Translations under genes and position numbers: made by a program | The notes under the pieces: model-generated | The model's input: the letters and a program-made list of their open reading frames with translations, nothing else | Database searches by the model: none | What the model was told of the DNA's origin: nothing | Shown here: positions 11,400 through 18,660 of the stretch, piece after piece | Layout of the letters: every line of letters begins with the position of its first letter | How positions within the stretch are numbered: the stretch's first letter is position 1 | DNA from: Ginkgo biloba | Lineage: Eukaryota; Plantae; Ginkgophyta | Direction of reading: 5' to 3' | DNA: 18,660 nt | Assembly: GCA_024626585.2 (NCBI GenBank) | Contig: JANKJI020000002.1 | Coordinates: 243,292,053 to 243,310,712 of the forward strand

Positions 11400-12772
11400 A
11401 AGAACCTTTCTACTTCTAATCCCTGAGGATATTTTGTACTGTCTATTTTTTTTGTAATGGTCAATTTGGTTACAAACATTATTTGTTTCATCTTCTTCAA
11501 AGATGGATGACATGCAGTTTTTTCATGTGGCAAATAAGATAAGGTGGTGGTTGAAATCAAATTCTAGAAGTTCAAATTCCTCTATCATATCATCATGATA
11601 CTTTAGTATTTATTCTTTGCCATTTTCATAAGAAGGTATGATCTTGTACCATATTACTTATTTCTACCCTATATAATTTCCCATACCTATATCATTTAAT
11701 AAACATGAGCAATATTTCACATTAACCCATACCATTGATATTTTTATAGCTATTTTTCATGTAATTGACTTTTTCCATTTTGTAATTGTAATGTCTCAAC
11801 CTTTTATCACTTTGACAAACATGTACAACTTGATGGTGGGAACCCATGATATAGATTTTCTCCAAGTTTAGATGAACTAACCCTCTTGTTAGAGTATTAT
11901 TTCTTCAATCTACTAGTGGAAACTAAATCTCCATTGTATGAAGACTATATATTAATCAATTTCTTAGAATTATCTTATATTATGGTGATGGGAGAATCAA
12001 CCCAAGTACAACTTCTTCTTATAAGTATTACAACCTATTATATATGTTGCAATTTCTTGTAAGCTTAAAATTATGTGTGACTTTAATAAATTCCTATGAA
12101 ATGCTTCTTCCTTAGTGAACATAATAGGAATTAATGATTTTAAGGAGAAAATTAACCCTATGGTGATTATGGATTATAAGGCCTAGATTCCTTCCAGAGG
12201 CCCAACCATTGAGATCTTAATAAGGGCACTCCTAAGATGCCATAGGTAGTTTTTATCCTAGACTGAGAAGTTAAATAAGGTTTATTTTTAGACCAATTCT
12301 ATGGATATTTCATAGCATTTGATGTAGTTATTGGTTAAAGGCCTGAAGGGATACATCAACATTGATAAAAAACTAAGGGATAATCTTACTTTTATCCTAA
12401 TGTAACTGTAGAACAATGATATCAACCTATGATTATAATTTTTTCCACTATAAAACCAACTTTATACTACAAAATTCATCATAATGTGGAGATAAGGAAG
12501 GGCACAACATTTCTTATAACTTCATGAGTTTTCTTGAGTGTGGTGTGATTTTCCTTACTGCACCACTATTTTTCCTCTTTTATCACTATAGTGTTTTGTC
12601 TATGTCGTTGAATATCATCCAAATATGAAAAAGTAGCTAGAAGGATTTTGCACATGTATGACTACATATGAAACTTAACAAAATGATCCATGAACACTTA
12701 TAGAGCTACCAAATCAATTGCATGGAATCCTAAGATAAGATTCTAAGCAATTATAAATTTTGGACACATAAA
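11400..12772 (-). mobile_element. Highly degenerate gag-like region (Tat/Ogre-like Ty3/gypsy)
   Basis: With frameshifts: DSMQLIW*LYK.FMDHFVK...ATFSYLDDIQ (gag WxxLxxxFxxHF-like) and SLIPIMFTKEEAF..LLKSHII...YKKKLY. Family call from memory. Confidence 0.45.
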
Positions 12773-12786
12773 NNNNNNNNNNNNNN

Positions 12787-13279
12787 ATAACTTAGGAATA
12801 TAGTTACATCATAAATAAATCCATAATTAAATTAGATAAAGGAAAAGAAGCTCTCTATTACAAAGTGTAATAAAGAGTACAATATCAAAAATCTCAACTA
12901 TTAAGAGTTATAAGAATACAATCCTATGGCTATTTTATAGAAAGGTCATGGCTAAACATAGTGATAAGATCTAAAAAGAAATATTTTCATGCACACTCCT
13001 ACTAGCACGTGCCAACCATACAATAGAAATAAGTAATATAAGTCAGGCATATATGAGAATAAAAGCATGATAATGCACACACACTGCCTATAATTAACAA
13101 TAGCTAACTAGAGTGAGAGAGGGAAAGAAAACTACTATTAATTGAAAAAACATATAAGGAAAATCTCTCTAAATATATTCCCCATGGTCATAGCTCCTCA
13201 AGAAAGATAGACCCCATAGAACCAAGTTCCATCTCTCCCCTGGTTGATGGTACATCACTTCCTCCTTCCTAAGGAAGCA
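12787..13279 (-). mobile_element. Ty3/gypsy 3' end: PPT and start of the 3' LTR
   Basis: Minus strand reads ...ttaggaaggaggaagtga|TGTACC: a polypurine tract followed by the LTR TG starting at 13254. The frame ends FLRKEEVM, typical of pol C-termini. Confidence 0.55.
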
Positions 13280-13379
13280 NNNNNNNNNNNNNNNNNNNNN
13301 NNNNNNNNNNNNNNNNNNNNNNNNNNNNNNNNNNNNNNNNNNNNNNNNNNNNNNNNNNNNNNNNNNNNNNNNNNNNNNN

Positions 13380-14817
13380 AAATGCTGTCTATTGCAGAAG
13401 ACCTTCGCTGGAAAGAGATAGAGCAATTCTATAGCCACTCAAAGTGAAAATGTACAACAAAAAAAAATGAAGAGCAACTAGGATTTTTGTTTACTTCCAT
13501 TGTTCACTGTATGTTGGATAAGAGGAAGAGAGTTGTAGAGGTAATTGTCGTTTGCCACAGTTTTAGGAGTGTACAATTTTATGCATGGGTTTGGTCATTT
13601 TAACATTTGGTGATAACCTTTAAGGAGAGCTTCATATATTTTTATCTATTCTAGTAGATCATATGGGGAATGAGATAACATGACTTATTGCAGTGAAGCA
13701 TTACCAAAGAGGAAAAGGAAGGAAATACATTTAGCACAGGGAGTATGGAAATACTAGAAGGAGTCAGTTGATGCATTTTAATCTATATTACCTCTTACTA
13801 TTGACCTTCATAATGTTACAATGTGGACTAGGCATTGGGAACAATTGAAGGACCAAGTGAGTTAGAAATTTGATCCATATTCTCAAGATTTCACACTTGC
13901 AAAAGGTTGCAAAGTTAGAGAAGATTTAGGAGTCATTAGATGATTCCCTTGAACAATAACATCAATAATTTCCTCATTTCTATTTCTTATCGAGTGATAA
14001 CCTACTTGATATTCTTGGCCAAGACAAGGATCCACAAAATGTGCAACCTTATTTGAAGAAGAACTTTGAAGACATCAAAATATTGGAGCTACATTCACTA
14101 GGTGAAGAAGTTTGTCTAAACTATGAGACGACAGGAATTCATTCACTGAATGGAGAATACTTACCATTTACAATGCATGTTATATTAGACACACCTCTAG
14201 AGGAATGGTTAAACAGGGTGGAGGAATCCATGCATTCTACAGTGAAATTTAATCTTGTGAAGGTGTGAAATAGATGGAAGGATTTCAAGAAAAAGGTGGA
14301 GGATGCCATGGAAAGTGCATTACGAAACACCGTTAGTAGATCTTTGCAAGAGTTTTTCAACTCTTTGAATGTAGATGGTAAATGACCTACACTAGTGTTT
14401 AATACTATTGTCGTGCTTCATAAAGGACATTGAACAAGTTTAATTAATACCATCGACCTAGGAATTATCGAAGGTTGTTCAAGTGGGTTTTAGGGAGCTT
14501 ATAACGGTCATATCTATTGTTCCTCATTTGAGAGAACAAACACAAGAAGTTGGGGTCGTGAGTATTTTAGAAAAAGTCCAATAGCTCCTCTAGTATTGGG
14601 AAAAGAAGTATAAAAGTGTTTGGGGTCAAGGTAAAGATGCTTATATTCGAAGATATGAGAAGTCCAAGGAACCACTATTAGCATTTGAGATTGATACCTC
14701 CAATTATGAAGACGTGCAAGATGATATACGTGCTGAGGATTCTATTTCAAATCTTTGCTTTCTAAGATTAGATTACGGGCTCTCAAGCATTCCATTATTG
14801 TAGATTGTGAATGCTAG
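13380..14817 (+). pseudogene. DNAH2: Rearranged pseudogene of an axonemal inner-arm dynein heavy chain (DNAH2/DHC10, I1-beta-like), tail and linker (DHC_N2) region only
   Basis: 13740-13903 reads GVWKY*KESVDAF*SILPLTIDLHNVTMWTRHWEQLKDQVS*KFDPYSQDFTL (PLIxDLxNxxxRxRHW motif). 13912-14265 reads KLEKI*ESLDDSLEQ*HQ*FPHFYFLSSDNLLDILGQDKDPQNVQPYLKKNFE...NGEYLPF...LEEWLNRVEESM (FPRFYFLS and ExWLxxVExxM motifs). 14263-14817 reads V*NRWKDFKKKVEDAMESALRNTVSRSLQEF...EKVQ*LL*YWEKKYKSVWGQGKDAYIRRYEK...FLRLDYG..LKHSIIVDCEC*, which matches the DNAH2/DHC10 tail as I recall it. 13380-13740 gives weaker tail matches (PLK, KRKRVVE, IWGM). Many stops and frameshifts. Confidence 0.88.
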
Positions 14818-15455
14818 TGACACTCCATCCTTTCTTGTGTCGAGAAAATTGGATCTTAGGTTTGTGTTGCATTCGGTGCAAAACTTGGAGTACGAGAAAA
14901 GAGTTTGATCAGTTTCGGAAGCGATCTCTCATGGATTATGATTATCCACATTGTGTTGGAGCAACATTGTGGGCTTTGCAGAGTCGAAGAAATAATGACT
15001 CTCCTCTCAAATGTAATACCATGTCTACTAGTAAGACCAACAACTTTTGAATCTTCAACACAATATAGTTAGACTCTGGTCTCAATTGAATTGTTTAACG
15101 TTGTGTCAACAAGATTTGCTCGAATAAACACACTCTCGTTACTTTTATGCGATAGGTTGATGAACCTGAGCCTTGCTCTTCACAACCTACTCACGATGAT
15201 TTGGATTGGAAGAAACAAGACATGGTGATTTGGAACAAATGACACACGCCGATTTAGAATAGTGAAATTTAGTCAAGGAGAAAAAATTGAATAATTTTTA
15301 AATTATAACTTAGATTTTGATAAAATTATTTCGTTAGCACTATCGAGTTATCCCTTGAATCAAGCTTAAGTGACCGTATTGTTGAATTGTTTTAGGGTTT
15401 TTTAGAGCTTAGGCTTAGTTATATTGTATAAAGTTTGTAAGGGCCCCTTTGTGTT

Positions 15456-15551
15456 CAAAATGCCACCAAGAAAATAAACTTGATGTTCCAAAATGGCACC
15501 AAGAAAATAAACTTGATGTCTCAAAATGCCACCAAGCAATATAATTGGTGT
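15456..15551. repeat. Tandem repeat, 33-bp unit, about 3 copies
   Basis: caaaatgccaccaagaaaataaacttgatgttc / caaaatggcaccaagaaaataaacttgatgtct / caaaatgccaccaagcaatataattggtgt. Confidence 0.9.
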
Positions 15552-15559
15552 CAAATGTT

Positions 15560-15720
15560 CAAATGTGGATGAAATGTATAACTTTATGTTAAAAGACCAA
15601 GGATGAATCTACTTTAGTATTGCTTCGATGACAAAGCAATTCAAGAAGGGAGGAAATGTTATGACCCTAATTACCATTACTTAGAAGATAATTAGTTCTA
15701 TCGGCTTGACTAGTATTAAT
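15560..15720 (+). mobile_element. Chromovirus 3' end fragment (PPT and LTR start)
   Basis: gatgacaaagcaattcaagaagggaggaaa|TGTTATGACCC: an LEDK...QEGG-like pol end, a PPT, then TG at about 15657. Confidence 0.5.
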
Positions 15721-15729
15721 TATTGATTA

Positions 15730-16660
15730 GTGATAATTTAGTAGTTAAGAATGATTAAACAAAAAGTCACATGATGAGAGGTGCCTTCTCATAAGCACCC
15801 TTTGACTTTTTATAACCTATCTATAGGCCATTCAACCTACATTGCAATATGATGGTGAACTAGTTTAATTTCTCTATATAGGCTTCAACACTTTGGCCAA
15901 ATTTTTGTCTAATGTATTATCACTGGATTTGTTGTTCCCTCCTATATTTAGTTGGGTAGAATTTCTTTTTAATCACTAGCTTAAACTCATCCCATATTGA
16001 AATGGGTAGTCTACCCTACTGGTTCTCTATCACATAAACTCTCCCATGAAAGTGAGGCTTGACCTCACATTTTGAGCTTAGCAAAGGCAATGTTTTAAGG
16101 GTCCGTATATTGTTGCATTGCATAATAAGTCTCTTGTGCTTAGTTAGTCATCAAGCTTTTCAACATCCATCTTCCCATTATATGTTGGGATTTCCATATT
16201 GATCAACCTTAGAAGTGGTGTTTAATGTCTACATTAGGAGATTAGATCTCAAAAAAGTTATAATAATTCTATTACTTGAAGAAGCATTACTTATAACACT
16301 ACTCCTAATTATTGTAGTCATTACTACATATGTGGAAGGGGAAGTGACTAGGCTTTACATGATTTAAAAAGGTTGCAATATTCTATAATCAAGGTCCATT
16401 TAGAGATGGTATAGGCTTCTCTTTAGATGATCAACTCTTTCACCTCCATCTTAATCTATAATTCTTTCAAGCCATTATCTTTGACAGAACTAACATATTA
16501 TTTGACTAAGCTTCATTCTTGATCTGATTGATGTTGTATAGTTCTTTAATAACTCTATAATAGGGAATGCACTAGTTGTTATCCTTCTTCTTATTTCTAA
16601 TTAGTCCAAACTAATAAATAAATAAATTCATGCCTAAGTATCTCTAAGCCCGAGGATCTA
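15730..16660 (-). mobile_element. Degenerate Ty3/gypsy gag
   Basis: MEIPTYNGKMDVEKLDD* at about 16145-16198 (IPxFxGxxDxExxxDW gag motif). Boundaries approximate. Confidence 0.7.
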
Positions 16661-16740
16661 CTTTCAAAATATACTTGATATTTTGATTTTCTTATTCTTA
16701 GTTTTATAAAATTATGCTACTATATTAAAATATTATCTAA

Positions 16741-16868
16741 AACCCTAGATGTATATAATGCAAGTAAAATTAAAATGAACACAAATCATATTCACAAATT
16801 ATAGTCATATAAAAAAGATGATTTTTTATTAAATATAGGAAATAAAATGCTCTATAGATCTTATAATG
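16741..16868 (+). repeat. Dispersed repeat of about 125 bp, copy 2 (probable LTR fragment)
   Basis: Diverged direct copy of 11045-11171. Confidence 0.75.
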
Positions 16869-18660
16869 TTTTGACCCAAGTCACCACTAAAAATATTTAA
16901 AAGGATTTCCTATCAAAAGGGGAGAGAATATTGTGAAGAAAGCACAACAAACCCATATGGATATAAAAAGGAGACCCTCTCCTTATAAAATAGTATTTAT
17001 GTATAAATTTTAAAATTTTTAGATATTTATTTTAGCATAATGATAAATTAAACATTGAGAACTTTCCGGTGATATCTTGTTTTTAAAAAATAGAGTTCGG
17101 ATGNNNNNNNNNNNNNNNNNNNNNNNNNNNNNNNNNNNNNNNNNNNNNNNNNNNNNNNNNNNNNNNNNNNNNNNNNNNNNNNNNNNNNNNNNNNNNNNNN
17201 NNNATTGATCTGTCTAAGCATTACAATAGGATCTAGAAGTAGGCCAACCTCCTACACATTCGAGTGTGTTAGACCTAGTGAATTTGGAAGATGAAGTGAA
17301 GGGAATAAATAAGATTTTTTGTTAGTTGGTGGTGCATGGAGGTCGACTTATAAGACCAAGACATGCCATGCTAAGTATCCTTCAAAGGTGCTCCTTTTAT
17401 CAAGGAGGAGAAACCTCTACATTTATTTTAGAATCGTGCTAGCCTCCAACTGATTCAATCCAAAATTAAATCTCTTATCTCCTTTCATTAGTGTCAATTA
17501 TTAGATTGGAATATGGTGTAATTAGGGGAAATGTATGCTTTAGATCAGGAATTTTATAAAGCTTNNNNNNNNNNNNNNNNNNNNNNNNNNNNNNNNNNNN
17601 NNNNNNNNNNNNNNNNNNNNNNNNNNNNNNNNNNNNNNNNNNNNNNNNNNNNNNNNNNNNNNNNNGTTATTGATAATTTGCTTTTGTAGATCTATTCAAT
17701 TATAGTTGCAGACAAGAATCGAGGCTCAAGCCTTGGACGTAGACTTTCTCAAAGGCATGGTGAATGCCATTTGCCATAATAACAGTTCTAGATAGAATGA
17801 AACAAGCACCCTAAGATTGGGGCTAATGATGGAATGAACTAGAACTTTTAGTAGTGTTGTCAAGTATGCTTGCAAGAGAAAAATCACCTTGTATATGAGA
17901 GCTCTCAACATTTTGGGAGCGAAATTACAATCTAAACTTCATCAACATGATTTAAAGGTGGAATCATTGGTGGTTGGCAATACCATCCCTCTAACACTAT
18001 CTCAATTGGCATGGATAAACTCCCACCAAGCGGTTTATATAATAGAGGAAGAGTAACTAAATTGATGATAAGTGGTGATAGAGAATGCAATCTTGCCAAA
18101 CTCTTCTACATGTTGATTATTGTGACAAACCATTATATGCAAGATGTAAGGTTGGCCTTCCATGCTATAATTTTGTAAGGCAACTGGTTTTATATTTTTT
18201 GAAGATCCTCCTTAAATTTTTCTAAACAAAACTTAATTTATTTTTAGCCAATACATAGACTCACTTTAAACAACTACCAAAAAAAACTAAAAGGGAAAAG
18301 AGAACAAAAAGAAAAAAGAAAAGAAAAAGGTTGTTCAAAATAAATGGAAACAATGTTCCTCCAAAGGTAGGTTAAAACCTTTAAATTCTCACGATTGTCA
18401 CTAAGAAAAGATACGGGAGGCGGAATAGGTTCTAATTCTTTTTTCATGTCTTGGGAGTGACTTTATTGGCCAACAAATGTTTTTTTTCACAATATTATGG
18501 ATCGACAAAGAAATTATTGTATTCTAATCGATGGATCACAAGAATTAATTAAAAAATTAACGTGAAAGTGAGGTCCAACTCACGCCAAGCATTTGACCCA
18601 AAAATAGAGTTTTAAACTAACGTAAAGTTTTCGGACAGAGCAAATAGTACTTAATTATCA

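Noticed and set aside
11400-12772. Possible env-like ORF with a signal peptide (SWIILLSFICSHTCA)
   Set aside because: Other frames give gag-like motifs; the hydrophobic run is out of frame.
2896-13447. ORFs containing X runs (2896, 3053, 5206, 5226, 8500, 10875, 10888, 13169, 13244)
   Set aside because: Artifacts of translating across N-gaps.
14041-14268. 75-aa ORF as a functional gene
   Set aside because: It is a stop-free piece of the dynein pseudogene.
15456-15551. CRISPR-like array
   Set aside because: Units are contiguous with no unique spacers, and the context is eukaryotic.
17666-18200. Coding-like decayed segment
   Set aside because: No recognisable family; multiple stops; probably a TE relic.

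Overview
AT-rich eukaryotic DNA from a fragmented draft assembly with ten N-gaps. It looks like a large plant genome, probably a gymnosperm (inference). Most of the window is heavily decayed Ty3/gypsy LTR-retrotransposon debris (gag, protease, integrase, chromodomain and LTR pieces on both strands). Two non-TE elements stand out. (1) Two intact minus-strand exons (10201-10050 and 9937-8946) of an NLR-type gene, with consistent GT-AG sites and phases. They encode the last helix of a probable Cbl-N/MCAfunc/MLKL-like four-helix bundle and a TIR-class-like NB-ARC domain whose P-loop (GFDGRGRTT), GLPL (GLPR) and MHD (VVD) motifs are all non-canonical. (2) A plus-strand pseudogene of an axonemal inner-arm dynein heavy chain (DNAH2/DHC10-like, about 13380-14817) whose segments are circularly permuted: the linker region is fused in frame, at an AAG|GTG junction, to an upstream tail region that ends shortly before the point where the copy begins. 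That is the pattern expected from a circular RNA or DNA intermediate. All family assignments come from manual translation and motifs recalled from memory; no searches were run.
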